Of a stretch of DNA of 32,000 nt, positions 1 to 10,207 are shown piece after piece. The position numbers and the translations under genes are program-made. This stretch comes from Cylindrospermopsis raciborskii Cr2010 (lineage in GTDB: Bacteria > Cyanobacteriota > Cyanobacteriia > Cyanobacteriales > Nostocaceae). The notes under the pieces are model-generated. The model saw only the letters and a program-made list of their open reading frames with translations. It searched no databases and was not told the DNA's origin. The stretch is from contig NZ_CP065936.1 of NCBI RefSeq assembly GCF_003367075.2, positions 960,001 through 992,000 of the forward strand, in the 5' to 3' direction. How positions within the stretch are numbered: position 1 is the stretch's first letter; the number at the start of each line of letters is the position of its first letter.

Positions 1-966
1 CACTTGATTATCCAGGTCTGCCAAAATTTTGCTAGTTGCTAATGGTCCAATATCTGTGTCATCTGCTAAAGGATCTCCAATTTTCAAAGTTGCAAATTTT
101 GCCAATAGCATTTCCTCAAATCTATCAGCTATAGCTTCAGCCACAATTAACCGTTTCGCCGCTATACATGACTGACCATTATTGATCAATCTTGCTGTAA
201 CTGCGGTACTAACAGCTAATTCTAAATCCGCACTTTCTAACACTATGAATGGATCGCTTCCCCCTAATTCTAAAACAGTTTTTTTAATATGTTTACCAGA
301 TGCAACTGCTAAGGACACACCCGCTGGTTCACTTCCCGTTAAGGTGGCAGCCTTAATGCGATTATCTCCCATTAAATCTGCTACTTGTGTGGCTGGAATT
401 AATAAGGTTTGAAATACCCCTTGAGGAAAACCAGCACGATTAATAATCTCTTCTATAGATAGGGCGCATTGGGGAACATTAGATGCGTGTTTAAGTAATC
501 CCACATTCCCCGCCATCAGCGCAGGTGCGGCAAACCGAAAAACTTGCCAAAAGGGAAAATTCCAGGGCATTACGGCTAGAATAACCCCCAATGGTTGATA
601 TTTTACCAGACTGCGACTGGCATCGGTGCTAATACTCACGTCGGCCAAGAAGTTGGGTCCATGTTCGGCATAGTAGCGACAGACTAAAGCACATTTTTCC
701 ACCTCAGCGATCGCAGATTTTAGAGTTTTACCCATTTCTAAGGTGATTAATTTCCCCAGATCGGTTTTTTCTCTTTCCAGAATATTGGCAGTTTCCAATA
801 ACCAGTGCGATCGCTCTACAAAGTTTGTATGACGGTAATGTTGAAAAGTCTGACTTGCTAAATGCAGTTTAGCTTCAATTTCCTCATCTTTCAGAGGTAA
901 AAAGACCTTGAGAGTTTCCCCAGTGGTAGGATTAATGGTAGCAATAGCCACTTCCTGACCTCCCAT
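1..966 (-). CDS. NAD(P)+-dependent aldehyde dehydrogenase, succinate-semialdehyde dehydrogenase (Sad/GabD) type; partial, the 3' end runs off the window
   Basis: Absent from the ORF track because the frame is open to position 1. My minus-strand translation from the ATG (CAT at 964-966) reads MGGQEVAIATINPTTGETLKVF...MPWNFPFWQVFR...ELGGSDPFIV...NNGQSCIAAKR. This carries the ALDH ELGG glutamate and catalytic Cys motifs and is colinear with E. coli YneI/Sad as I remember it. Confidence 0.85.
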   Translation of the reverse strand, partial: MGGQEVAIATINPTTGETLKVFLPLKDEEIEAKLHLASQTFQHYRHTNFVERSHWLLETANILEREKTDLGKLITLEMGKTLKSAIAEVEKCALVCRYYAEHGPNFLADVSISTDASRSLVKYQPLGVILAVMPWNFPFWQVFRFAAPALMAGNVGLLKHASNVPQCALSIEEIINRAGFPQGVFQTLLIPATQVADLMGDNRIKAATLTGSEPAGVSLAVASGKHIKKTVLELGGSDPFIVLESADLELAVSTAVTARLINNGQSCIAAKRLIVAEAIADRFEEMLLAKFATLKIGDPLADDTDIGPLATSKILADLDNQV

Positions 967-1156
967 AAAAAATTGCCTTAGGTTTTTTCTTAGTCTGACT
1001 TGACTCTATCACATAATCTAATATGGCAATTGAAAACTAGGAAACATTAATTAAAAATTTAAGTCTAGGTTTAAAAGAGAAATGGTAGATCACAATTAGG
1101 AACTACCATACATAAAACCTGATGGTTTGTTTAATATTAGAAGAATTTGCTTTTTG

Positions 1157-2011
1157 TCACTTCAAGTAATCTACGGGGTTCTTGGCAGTCCATCCCAAAT
1201 CCTCACTAGCACGAACTTCAAAGTGTAAATGTGGTTCCCTGGAACTGGGTTCTCCCGTAGCGCCTACAGTTCCCAACACTTGATTAATCTTAACTTGTTC
1301 ACCCAACTTTACTTTAATAGATTCTAACTGGGCATAACGGGTTTGCATTCCACCTTGATGGTTAATAATAACTAAGTTACCATAGCTACCTTGCTCCTTA
1401 GCAAAGACCACTACACCACTAGCAGTAGCGCGGACAGGAGTGCCCACTTCCGCTAATAAATCAATCCCACTGTGGAAAAAAACTTGATTAGTAATAGGAT
1501 GAATTTGCCAACCATAGGAAAAAGACACACCTGTAGAATTAGATATGGGCGATCCCATAGTGGTGACAGACCCAGCAGACCTAGATGCGGGTTTGACCTT
1601 GGATGAAGAGGGAACAAATACCACCGTAGGATTTTGTTGACAACCGTTCAGTTCAAATAGTGTATCTGGGCGAACCCTATACTTTTTAGCTATTTGTTGC
1701 CAACCCTGACCATTTGATACCTGCACCACCATGCCATCAAAAGGGGGAATTTGTAATTGAGTTCCTGGTGTAACCTGACCATTACTGATTAACGGATTCA
1801 TCTGTAAGATAGTAGCTGGCATTAGCTTATATCTCTCCGCTATAGTAACCAAGTTTTCACCTGGACTAACTTGATGTTTTTTAATGCGAGATAAAGCAGA
1901 AGTTGAACAATTTTCTACAGCACTGACACTTGGCAGGTTTAGGTTTGAGGGTATTAATGCCAAACTAGTGGTCAAGCCAAAAAGAAAAATTGAAGGACAG
2001 CGAAAATTCAT
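1157..2011 (-). CDS. Secreted LysM-domain M23 family metallopeptidase
   Basis: 284-aa ORF with a hydrophobic N-terminal signal-like segment. Two LysM-like stretches are present (HQVSPGENLVTIAERYKL..., WQQIAKKYRVRPDTLFELNG). The C-terminal M23 motifs are HSGIDL...GTPVRA...HLHFEVR. Confidence 0.85.
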   Translation of the reverse strand: MNFRCPSIFLFGLTTSLALIPSNLNLPSVSAVENCSTSALSRIKKHQVSPGENLVTIAERYKLMPATILQMNPLISNGQVTPGTQLQIPPFDGMVVQVSNGQGWQQIAKKYRVRPDTLFELNGCQQNPTVVFVPSSSKVKPASRSAGSVTTMGSPISNSTGVSFSYGWQIHPITNQVFFHSGIDLLAEVGTPVRATASGVVVFAKEQGSYGNLVIINHQGGMQTRYAQLESIKVKLGEQVKINQVLGTVGATGEPSSREPHLHFEVRASEDLGWTAKNPVDYLK

Positions 2012-2055
2012 GTCAAGTCCAAAAATTGCTGACTAGACCATTGTAATGGAGAACT

Positions 2056-2079
2056 GGGTAATGGGACTATCCATTACCC
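2056..2079 (-). terminator. Candidate stem-loop terminator downstream of ndhB
   Basis: Perfect 9-bp stem GGGTAATGG / CCATTACCC with a 6-nt loop, starting 8 nt after the ndhB stop. There is no strong U-tract. Confidence 0.35.
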
Positions 2080-2086
2080 ATAAAGG

Positions 2087-3649
2087 TTATAGTTGTTGGG
2101 ACTTTTTATCCACAACTAAACTGGTTTGACTGCTAGCCAATTTTCCAGCTTGTAAAATTGGTGTGTGAGCAACAGAAGTGTTGACTAAGGTAAATAAGGG
2201 ATTAGACAAAATACCAGAGATAGTTGTAGCAATTAGGGTGACTATCAATCCCACTTGTAAAGGTCTAAATCCTGGTAGATCCCACCGCACGGTCGGATAA
2301 TTCTTGACCACATCAGACATTTCTTGAGGTTCTTTCACCACCATCATTTTCACTACCCGAATGTAGTAATAAATGGAAATTACACTGGTGACTAATCCTA
2401 ACAACACTAACCAATATAGACCCGCTTGCCAACCTGCCCAAAATAGGTAAATCTTCCCGAAAAACCCAGCCAGGGGAGGAATCCCACCCAGAGATAATAG
2501 GGAAACACTTAAACCCAGGGTGAGTAAGGGGTCTTTTTGATATAAACCAGAGTACTCCGTAATCTGATCTGTACCTGTTCTCAAAGAGAAAAGAATAATA
2601 CAGGTAAATCCGCACAGATTCATGAACAGATAAACCAGTAAGTAAAATAACATGCTGGAGTAACCCGCATCCGTACCGGCAATTAAGCCAATCATCACAA
2701 AACCAGCTTGAGCAATGGAGGAATAAGCCAACATTCGTTTCATGCTGGTTTGAGCGAGGGCCACAACGTTACCCAAGATCATACTCAGCACGGCCAAAGC
2801 AGTAAACACAAATCTCCACTCTTGTTCTACTAAGGGGAACACTACCGTTAATAAACGGATGGACAAAGCTAAACCTGCTGCTTTGGAACCAACGGATAAA
2901 AAAGCTATGACCGGGGTGGGGGCACCCTCATAAACATCTGGTGTCCATTGGTGGAAGGGTGCAGCAGATATTTTAAACCCAACTCCAGCAATGATGAACA
3001 CTAGAGCAATTACTAAACCTAGGGACTGACCTCCATGAGCTGTAGCAATACCACTGGCGATCGCATTTAATTCAGTTTCGCCTCCTGATAATCCATACAG
3101 AAGGGACATGCCATATAAAAATACAGCCGTGGTAGAGGCACCAATAAGCAGATATTTGAGAGCAGCTTCATTAGAGCGTGGGTCACGCTTAGTATAACCT
3201 GTTAGCAAATAGGAAGAGATACTCAAAGTTTCCAAAGAGATGAAAATCATCACTAATTCACTAGCACCAGAGAGGAACATACCTCCCATAGTGGCAGTCA
3301 ATAGAATAGCGATGAATTCTGACAAAGCCGTACCACTTTGCTCCACATAGCTAATTGACATGAGGATGGTGACAGCAGCAGACAGAGCAATGATTCCGCG
3401 AAATATAATACTGAGGTCATCAGCATTAAACCCACCGGTAAAACCGATAGGATGGGGGGAGTCCCATTGTAACCATAGGGAAAGAATGGCTCCCAGTAAC
3501 CCAGCAACAGCTAGGTAAGCAATCCAGCGATAGGAAGCGCGCCCCAAAATCAAATCCACGATCAAAACCCCCAAGAGGGTGATGATCACAATCCCCTCTG
3601 GTAAAATCGTTCCCGCGTTTAACTGGGATGCAATATTAGCAAAATCCAT
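2087..3649 (-). CDS. ndhB: NAD(P)H-quinone oxidoreductase (NDH-1) subunit 2, NdhB
   Basis: 520-aa polytopic membrane protein. The N-terminus [26 protein letters not shown] and the overall sequence are typical of cyanobacterial/plastid NdhB. Confidence 0.95.
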   Translation of the reverse strand: MDFANIASQLNAGTILPEGIVIITLLGVLIVDLILGRASYRWIAYLAVAGLLGAILSLWLQWDSPHPIGFTGGFNADDLSIIFRGIIALSAAVTILMSISYVEQSGTALSEFIAILLTATMGGMFLSGASELVMIFISLETLSISSYLLTGYTKRDPRSNEAALKYLLIGASTTAVFLYGMSLLYGLSGGETELNAIASGIATAHGGQSLGLVIALVFIIAGVGFKISAAPFHQWTPDVYEGAPTPVIAFLSVGSKAAGLALSIRLLTVVFPLVEQEWRFVFTALAVLSMILGNVVALAQTSMKRMLAYSSIAQAGFVMIGLIAGTDAGYSSMLFYLLVYLFMNLCGFTCIILFSLRTGTDQITEYSGLYQKDPLLTLGLSVSLLSLGGIPPLAGFFGKIYLFWAGWQAGLYWLVLLGLVTSVISIYYYIRVVKMMVVKEPQEMSDVVKNYPTVRWDLPGFRPLQVGLIVTLIATTISGILSNPLFTLVNTSVAHTPILQAGKLASSQTSLVVDKKSQQL

Positions 3650-4031
3650 GATATGTATAGGTTTTGGTGATTAGAGATTAAGGCCAACTACTCCAATTCT
3701 ATATATAGTTCATGACCGAATTTGCATTAATCTCTATGTTTTTAACTCTGGTGACTAGAAATTATAGAATTATGGACAGCATGAACCGGGTAAAAGGCAA
3801 AATCAAACTGGAGTGGGAATTTCCCAACTTTATTGGCCAAGCATACCATCTATAAGTTAAAGATGAATAATAGATGTAGACGGCATCCCAGATTGCTCTT
3901 GCCGTTTATACTCATATTTATGGGGTTTATGGGATCTTTACCCGTTTCCTATAGTTTGTGGCAAAATAAAATCAGTGCCAAAATTATCTCAACTTGACTG
4001 TTTAGCTTCAAAGCTATTCTTTGAAATTTCC

Positions 4032-6683
4032 ATGTCAACCCTTGTTATTGTTGAATCTCCAACCAAAGCCCGTACTATTCGGAACTACCTGCCAAAAGAC
4101 TACCAGGTAGAAGCTTCTATGGGTCATGTCCGTGACTTACCTCAGTCTGCTAGTGAAATCCCTGCTACTGTTAAGGGGGAAAAATGGGCTCGGTTTGGGG
4201 TAAATATAGAAGCAGATTTTGAACCAGTATATGTTGTTCTTAAAGATAAAAAGAAAGTCGTCAGTCAACTAAAGGAAGCTTTAAAAACTGCCAATGAGTT
4301 GATTTTAGCAACTGACGAAGACCGGGAAGGTGAAAGTATAAGCTGGCATTTATATCAGTTACTTAAACCTAAAGTGCCTACCAAACGCATGGTATTTCAC
4401 GAAATTACCCAGGAAGCAATTAAAAAGGCTTTAGCCAACTGCAGAACTATTGATGATCAATTAGTCCGCGCTCAGGAAACTAGACGTATCTTAGACCGTC
4501 TGGTGGGATATACTCTCTCTCCTCTGCTATGGAAGAAAATTTCCTGGGGACTTTCTGCGGGTAGAGTTCAATCTGTAGCAGTGCGCCTACTAGTAAATAA
4601 AGAACGTCAACGTCGAGCTTTTCGTGAAGGTACTTATTGGGATTTAAAAGCTAGTCTGTTACAAGCAAAAAGCCCTTTCACCTCGGTGTTAATCACCTTA
4701 GAAGGAACAAAAGTAGCCACGGGTAGTGATTTTGATCCCGCTACAGGACAAATCGCTGCAGGACGTAATGTGGTCCTACTAAATGAGGAGCAGGCTTTAG
4801 CACTCCAGGAACGTTTGGAAGGCAAAACTTGGACTGTGACGGATATAGAAGAACGTCCCGTGATCCGAAAACCCGCTCCACCATTTACTACCTCCACTTT
4901 GCAGCAGGAGTCTAACCGAAAACTACGTTTATCCGCTAGGGATACAATGCGGATCGCCCAAAATCTCTATGAGCAAGGATATATCACCTACATGCGGACA
5001 GATTCTGTACATCTGTCAGAACAGGCGATCGCCGCAGCTAGAGCTTGTGTAACCCAGAAGTATGGTCAGGAATATCTCAGTCCTCAGCCTAGACAATATA
5101 CCACCAAGTCTAAAGGTGCCCAAGAAGCTCATGAGGCAATTCGCCCTGCTGGTAGCACATTTCGCACTCCCCAGGAAACTGGTTTAAGTGGACGAGAATT
5201 TGCGGTTTACGATTTAATTTGGAAGCGTACTATTGCTTCCCAAATGGCTGACTCTCGCCAAATCCAGATTGCTGTTCACCTAAAAGTAGAAGAGGCTGGA
5301 TTCCGCTCTTCTGGTAAACGTATAGATTTTCCTGGCTATCTTCGTGCTTATGTAGAAGGATCGGACGACCCGGAAGCTGCACTGGAAGATCAAGAAGTGA
5401 TATTACCTCCTTTAAAAGTAGGTGATCATCCCCAATGTACAGAATTAGAAGCAGTGGGACATGAAACCCAACCTCCAGCTAGATATACAGAAGCAACTTT
5501 GGTGAAAACTCTAGAAAGTGAAGGGATTGGTCGTCCCAGCACCTACGCCAGTATTATTGGCACCATTGTTGATAAAGGTTATGCTCAACTGGTAAGTAAT
5601 GCGCTAATTCCTACTTTTACTGCCTTTGCTGTTACCAGTTTATTAGAACAACATTTCCCGGAGATTGTGGATCCCAGTTTTACCTCGAAAATGGAGCAAA
5701 CTCTGGATGAAATTGCCACTGGTGAAGCTGAATGGCTACCCTATCTGCGGAAATTCTATTTAGGGGAGAAAGGTTTACAGGCCCTAGTGCAAGAACAAGA
5801 AGATCAAATTGACCCTAGCAAAGCCAAAACCGTAGAATTAGAAAACCTTAACGCCAAGGTTCGCATTGGCAAGTTTGGTCCATTTATTGAGGTAGAAAAT
5901 GAAGGAGGGATAGTAACAGCGTCTATTCCTAAAGACATTACACCAGCGGATTTAGACCCTGAGCAGGTGGATATGCTACTGCGACAAAAAACCGTGGGAC
6001 CAGATCAGTTGGGAACACACCCAGATACAGGTGAACCCATTTACCTGAAAATTGGCACCTATGGACCCTATATCCAATTAGGAGATAAAACCGACGAAAA
6101 TCCCAAACCAAAACAAGCTTCCCTTCCTAAAGGTGTTACCCAAGAAAACCTCACTTTGGATATGGCTGTGGGTTTATTGTCATTGCCTCGACACTTAGGA
6201 GAGCATCCAGAAACGGGAGCAAAAATTCAAGCTAGTTTAGGCAAGTTTGGACCTTATGTAGTTCATGATCAGGGGAAAGATGGTAAAGATTACCGCTCAC
6301 TAAAGGTGGGTGATGATGTGTTGACAATTTCTCTAGAACGCGCATTGGAATTATTAGCAGAACCCAAAAAAGCCAGAAGTTCAAGAAATAGTAAATCCAA
6401 GACTGCTCTACGAGAATTAGGTTTACATCCGGAAGATGATGCACCTGTGAATATTTATAACGGTGAATACGGTTATTATATTAATCACGGTAAAACCAAC
6501 GTCGGTCTACCGGAAGGTCAAACAGTAGAAAGTGTTACTCTCAGCCAAGCTCTAGAATTGTTAAAAGCTAAAACCTCTAGTAAGTCCAGGAGTAAAACTA
6601 CTAGCACAACCAAGAAATCAACTACTGCGAAAACCAAGTCAACCACCACAAAATCCACCAGTAGGAGCCAAAAGAAAGGCTAG
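4032..6683 (+). CDS. topA: DNA topoisomerase I (type IA)
   Basis: The canonical N-terminus [13 protein letters not shown] starts at ATG 4032; the ORF track extends it to a GTG at 3975. It has a Toprim DxD-type motif (ATDEDREGE) and the active-site region ITYMRTDS. The C-terminal domain has four Cys-less G(K/T/E)(F/Y)G(P/Y)(F/Y) repeats and a K/S/T-rich tail. Confidence 0.95.
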   Translation: MSTLVIVESPTKARTIRNYLPKDYQVEASMGHVRDLPQSASEIPATVKGEKWARFGVNIEADFEPVYVVLKDKKKVVSQLKEALKTANELILATDEDREGESISWHLYQLLKPKVPTKRMVFHEITQEAIKKALANCRTIDDQLVRAQETRRILDRLVGYTLSPLLWKKISWGLSAGRVQSVAVRLLVNKERQRRAFREGTYWDLKASLLQAKSPFTSVLITLEGTKVATGSDFDPATGQIAAGRNVVLLNEEQALALQERLEGKTWTVTDIEERPVIRKPAPPFTTSTLQQESNRKLRLSARDTMRIAQNLYEQGYITYMRTDSVHLSEQAIAAARACVTQKYGQEYLSPQPRQYTTKSKGAQEAHEAIRPAGSTFRTPQETGLSGREFAVYDLIWKRTIASQMADSRQIQIAVHLKVEEAGFRSSGKRIDFPGYLRAYVEGSDDPEAALEDQEVILPPLKVGDHPQCTELEAVGHETQPPARYTEATLVKTLESEGIGRPSTYASIIGTIVDKGYAQLVSNALIPTFTAFAVTSLLEQHFPEIVDPSFTSKMEQTLDEIATGEAEWLPYLRKFYLGEKGLQALVQEQEDQIDPSKAKTVELENLNAKVRIGKFGPFIEVENEGGIVTASIPKDITPADLDPEQVDMLLRQKTVGPDQLGTHPDTGEPIYLKIGTYGPYIQLGDKTDENPKPKQASLPKGVTQENLTLDMAVGLLSLPRHLGEHPETGAKIQASLGKFGPYVVHDQGKDGKDYRSLKVGDDVLTISLERALELLAEPKKARSSRNSKSKTALRELGLHPEDDAPVNIYNGEYGYYINHGKTNVGLPEGQTVESVTLSQALELLKAKTSSKSRSKTTSTTKKSTTAKTKSTTTKSTSRSQKKG

Positions 6684-6794
6684 ATCTTGACAACTAAGGT
6701 AAAAACATAGTATGTTAAGGAAAGTTTCCATTTCCCAACTGTTATCATAAATCACAAATGGGGATGGGGAAGTATCTCAGGAGTGTTCAGTTAA

Positions 6795-6932
6795 ATGGAC
6801 TATATAGAAAAGGTACTGGAAAAGCTTAAAGAATTAGCCCGGAAGTTGGTAGAAGCACTACTAGGTCCGGAAGTGGAACCCGAGGGGGAACTCATCCCTA
6901 TTCCAGTGCACGAACGCCCACGAGGTCGTTAA
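6795..6932 (+). CDS. Small hypothetical protein (45 aa), possibly translationally coupled to aroQ
   Basis: ATG at 6795 with AGGAG 11 nt upstream. It encodes MDYIEKVLEKLKELARKLVEALLGPEVEPEGELIPIPVHERPRGR. Its stop overlaps the aroQ start (TAATG at 6930-6934). Below the ORF-track size cutoff. Confidence 0.4.
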   Translation: MDYIEKVLEKLKELARKLVEALLGPEVEPEGELIPIPVHERPRGR

Positions 6933-7405
6933 TGACCGGAATACATGGCTCTAACTTTTATGCCAGTGTTTTAGTGCTGCATGGACCCAATCTTAATCTC
7001 CTAGGACAGCGAGAACCGGGTGTTTACGGTTCTCAGAGCCTAGAAGAGATAAACTCCCTCCTCGCAGCAGAAGCTGTAAGATTGGGTGTGAAGGTTACTC
7101 CCTTCCAGTCTAATCACGAAGGAGTGCTAATAGATAATATCCATGCTGCCACAAAACAGCACCAAGGCATAGTAATTAATGCGGGTGCCTACACCCATAC
7201 TAGTGTGGCTATTAGAGATGCGATCGCCGGTGTTAATTTACCTGCGGTGGAGGTTCATCTAAGTAATATTTATCGCCGAGAGGATTTTCGTCATCATTCC
7301 TACATAGCTCCAGTGGTGATTGGACAAATTAGTGGATTTGGCGTTCAGAGTTATATATTAGGTTTACAAGCACTGGTGCATTATCTCAGAAAGAATGAGA
7401 TTTAA
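6932..7405 (+). CDS. aroQ: Type II 3-dehydroquinate dehydratase
   Basis: 157 aa. Motifs VLHGPNLNLLGQREPGVYG, NAGAYTHTS and HLSNI are characteristic of AroQ. Confidence 0.93.
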   Translation: MTGIHGSNFYASVLVLHGPNLNLLGQREPGVYGSQSLEEINSLLAAEAVRLGVKVTPFQSNHEGVLIDNIHAATKQHQGIVINAGAYTHTSVAIRDAIAGVNLPAVEVHLSNIYRREDFRHHSYIAPVVIGQISGFGVQSYILGLQALVHYLRKNEI

Positions 7406-8252
7406 TCATATCATGCGTTATTCTCTAAGGAGTCGAGTTAGGGGTATTTTTTTGGGGATGCTGCTAGGCGAAACTTTAACTAATCAGGAATCGGTCAGTT
7501 TGGGGGAAATTGCAGTTTCAGGTAGTCAGAGTTTGATTAAGTGGGGTAGATTGGAAATAGAGGAATGGTGGGAGAATTACCAAAACACCACAAGTACAGC
7601 GGGAATAATTGTCATAGCTGCACTACCCCTAGCCATTTTTTACCATGAAGATCCAGACAAGTTCAAAGAAAATCTACAGCAATTCCTCAAACTTGGCAAT
7701 GCGGATCCAGAAGAAAGAGATAACGCTTTAGCTTGGGGATATGTCCTAATCAAATGTCTAACAGAAACATTAAACACTGTTACTCTGATTCCTGAAACAA
7801 TTGATTTTTTAGGAAATACAACCTCTCCTCTCCCAGAAAGCTTATTAAAACTAAATAACTTGTTAAAGCAACAAGCAGGAATAGTACGAATGGGGGCGGA
7901 GTTTAACTTGCAGGAAAATATCAGTCACAATATGGCCCTTTCCCTTTATTGCTTTTTGAGTAGTGTGGAAGATTTCAAATTAAGCCTTTTGCGAAGTAAT
8001 AAACAAGCTCAAATTTTCAACTGCTATTGTAGTGTGCTCACAGGGGTGATGTCGGGAGCATACAACAGCGTACAGGGAATTCCAGTGAACTGGAAAATTT
8101 TACTATCCCTAAAACCGGGAATGGACAATCTTTCTCAAATAGAAGAACTAACAGACAACCTGGTAAGATTGTGGTCAGGTGCATATAACGTCAATATACA
8201 ACTTGCTCCTCATTCCATATTTGCCGCACCACATCTAATTCGAGCAAGGTGA
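7395..8252 (+). CDS. ADP-ribosylglycohydrolase-fold protein with degenerate metal-binding motifs
   Basis: The N-terminal R.RGIFLGMLLGETL resembles the ARH R.RGallGlavGDAlG motif. The C-terminal ALSLYCF...NCYCSVLTGVMSGAYNSVQGIPVNW parallels the ARH ...GGDTDT.aAiaGalaGAyyG...IP..W motif, but the D-T-D-T positions read C-Y-C-S. It overlaps aroQ by 11 nt; an alternative ATG lies at 7413. Confidence 0.55.
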   Translation: MRFNHIMRYSLRSRVRGIFLGMLLGETLTNQESVSLGEIAVSGSQSLIKWGRLEIEEWWENYQNTTSTAGIIVIAALPLAIFYHEDPDKFKENLQQFLKLGNADPEERDNALAWGYVLIKCLTETLNTVTLIPETIDFLGNTTSPLPESLLKLNNLLKQQAGIVRMGAEFNLQENISHNMALSLYCFLSSVEDFKLSLLRSNKQAQIFNCYCSVLTGVMSGAYNSVQGIPVNWKILLSLKPGMDNLSQIEELTDNLVRLWSGAYNVNIQLAPHSIFAAPHLIRAR

Positions 8253-8258
8253 TTCTTG

Positions 8259-9368
8259 TCAAATCAAAACCAGGTTATCCCTATGAACAACGGTTTCTAT
8301 ACCCCCGTAACCTAAAATATCTTCAATATCCTGGGAATGACAACCGCGAATTTTTTCCAACTCTTGACTGTTATAGTTAACCAATCCCCTGGCAATCTCA
8401 TTACCTTGAAGATCACATAATTGCACCGCGTCTTGACTGTCAAATTCCCCCTCTACCATTTTAATTCCTGCTGGTAATAAGGATTTTCCACCGCGAGAAA
8501 TGGCTATAACTGCTCCCTCATCCAAGTATAACTTTCCTACTGGAACTAAACCATAAGCTATCCACCTTTTTCTAGCGGAAGTTGGTTCTGGTTGAGGTGC
8601 AAAGTGAGTTCCTATTTGCTCTCCCGCGATAATTTTTTCTATGTCATGGGGAAAACGTCCTTGGGTAATTACCGTGCGCACCCCCCCCACCATAGCAATC
8701 CGAGCAGCAGATATTTTTGTCATCATCCCCCCTGTGCCCCATGGTGAACCCTGTCCCCCTGCTTGAATCTTCAGATCCTCCAGTTCTCTGGTGTTACTAA
8801 TTAGGCTAATCGGTTGAGCATTGCGTACTTTCCTTGGATCAGCTGAATATAACCGATCAACATCTGTTAGCAAAAATAGCCAGTCTGCTTCTACTAAACT
8901 GGCAACCAAAGCTGAAAGAGTGTCGTTATCGCCAAATTTTAATTCCTCTACTGCTACCGTGTCATTTTCATTGACTATGGGAATTACTCCTAGTCCTAAT
9001 AACTCTTGAAATGTATTATAGGCATTTAAATATCGGCTACGTTCTACTAAATCCGCCCGGGTTAATAATACTTGGGCTATGGGTTGTTCTAAGGTGGTAA
9101 ATAGGTCATCATAAATACGCATGAGACGACCCTGTCCTACCGCAGCTACAGCTTGTTTTAAGGCCATGGCTTTAGGTCTTTCTGTTAGTCCGAGTCGGGC
9201 ACAACCTACACCCACAGCACCCGAAGAAACTAAAATCACCTTGTGCCCTTGCTGTCTTAAACGACAGAGGGTTTCTGTGAGGGTAGCAATGGTGGAAAGG
9301 GCTAATTTCCCAGTTTCCGCTTGAGTGAGGCTAGAAGTGCCTATTTTAACTACTATTGTCTCCGTCAT
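8259..9368 (-). CDS. proB: Glutamate 5-kinase with C-terminal PUA domain
   Basis: 369 aa. [22 protein letters not shown] and NENDTV motifs, followed by a PUA-like C-terminus ([10 protein letters not shown]...[10 protein letters not shown]). Confidence 0.95.
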   Translation of the reverse strand: MTETIVVKIGTSSLTQAETGKLALSTIATLTETLCRLRQQGHKVILVSSGAVGVGCARLGLTERPKAMALKQAVAAVGQGRLMRIYDDLFTTLEQPIAQVLLTRADLVERSRYLNAYNTFQELLGLGVIPIVNENDTVAVEELKFGDNDTLSALVASLVEADWLFLLTDVDRLYSADPRKVRNAQPISLISNTRELEDLKIQAGGQGSPWGTGGMMTKISAARIAMVGGVRTVITQGRFPHDIEKIIAGEQIGTHFAPQPEPTSARKRWIAYGLVPVGKLYLDEGAVIAISRGGKSLLPAGIKMVEGEFDSQDAVQLCDLQGNEIARGLVNYNSQELEKIRGCHSQDIEDILGYGGIETVVHRDNLVLI

Positions 9369-9390
9369 CTGTGATCAGCAAAAAGTTGCA

Positions 9391-9425
9391 CAACGTCTTT
9401 CCCTCTATGGTGAAGGAAGACGTTG
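9391..9425. terminator. Stem-loop with T-runs on both strands, between the HAD phosphatase gene and proB
   Basis: CAACGTCTTTCC (9391-9402) pairs with GGAAGACGTTG (9415-9425), an 11-bp stem with one bulged T. It is followed by ...GATTTTATATTT on the plus strand and ...AACTTTTTGC on the minus strand. It lies 137 nt downstream of the 9562 stop and 23 nt upstream of the proB ATG. Confidence 0.4.
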
Positions 9426-9561
9426 CACGATTTTATATTTACTTATGATTATTTAGGGCTTTATTTTTTTGCCCCATGTTATTGATAATTATCCTCCCCG
9501 ATTTTTTTCCTGATCTAAAATTCCTTAATTATTTCTTTAGATTTAGTTTTGTTTCGCTTTA

Positions 9562-10101
9562 TCAATTTTTGTGAACTTTTGTGTGCTTAGGTCTAATAGA
9601 AGCTCCCAGAATCTCCGAGATCCAAACTTCTACATTGCGAATAGAATAACCACGCAAAACAGTACCCTCATGAACCATAGGTTCCACCAGGATAGTAAAC
9701 ATTCCCAAACGGTTACCAGCAACTACATCAGTAAACAGGCGATCGCCTACCATAGCAACCTGATTAGCAGACAAGTTCATTTCTCGTAGTGCTGCTCTAA
9801 TTTTACGTCGTGAAGGTTTGGCCGCGCCTAGGTAGTAAGGTAAATTTAAAGACTTAGCAATAGAGCTAATGCGGGGTTGACTCAAATTATTACTAACCAA
9901 CCATAATGCTGCATATTGTCTTATTTCCATGACCCACCGTTCTAATTCTGGGGAGACAGAGTTAGCAGTTATAGGTACTAGAGTATCATCAACATCTAAA
10001 ATGAGTCCTTTGAGTCCATATTGTTGAATGATATCCGGTGTCAGATTTAAAATCGGACCGTGTAAGATCAAATCTGGTTGTAAGATTTCACTCCAAATCA
10101 T
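9562..10101 (-). CDS. YqeG-type HAD-IIIA family phosphatase
   Basis: 179 aa. HAD motif I LILDVDDTLV, plus GDRLFTDV (motif IV-like). Size and layout are typical of YqeG-family hydrolases. Confidence 0.85.
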   Translation of the reverse strand: MIWSEILQPDLILHGPILNLTPDIIQQYGLKGLILDVDDTLVPITANSVSPELERWVMEIRQYAALWLVSNNLSQPRISSIAKSLNLPYYLGAAKPSRRKIRAALREMNLSANQVAMVGDRLFTDVVAGNRLGMFTILVEPMVHEGTVLRGYSIRNVEVWISEILGASIRPKHTKVHKN

Positions 10102-10207
10102 GGCTTCCTCAAATGAGTGGACTAGGAAAATATAGCTCGAGCTTAGATATGCTAAAGCCTAACTGGGGAAGCCTCAAATGGGCTGATTTTAGTTTTCCCC
10201 AGTTAGA

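Noticed and set aside
182-412. 76-aa plus-strand ORF from the track
   Set aside because: It lies entirely antisense to the well-supported aldehyde dehydrogenase frame. It is a shadow ORF with low-complexity composition.
2313-3507. Nested ORFs 2313-2615 and 3298-3507 inside ndhB. Similar nested or antisense ORFs occur at 4634-4897, 6232-6444, 8821-9324, 9571-9789, 10333-10545, 11144-11329, 13393-13935, 14847-15068, 15399-15746, 18335-18517, 18902-19102, 19332-19607, 20142-20339, 22574-23124, 25529-25880, 26641-26886, 27530-27904 and 31461-31954.
   Set aside because: All are alternative frames or strands of long ORFs with clear family motifs. None has its own recognisable motif or start context.
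3772-3852. 26-codon ORF (MDSMNRVKGKIKLEWEFPNFIGQAYHL) in the ndhB-topA intergenic region
   Set aside because: It has no SD and no recognisable motif, and its size is within chance expectation for A+T-rich intergenic DNA.
3975-4031. N-terminal extension of topA from a GTG at 3975
   Set aside because: The canonical type IA N-terminus ([13 protein letters not shown]) begins at ATG 4032, and the extension has no homologous look.
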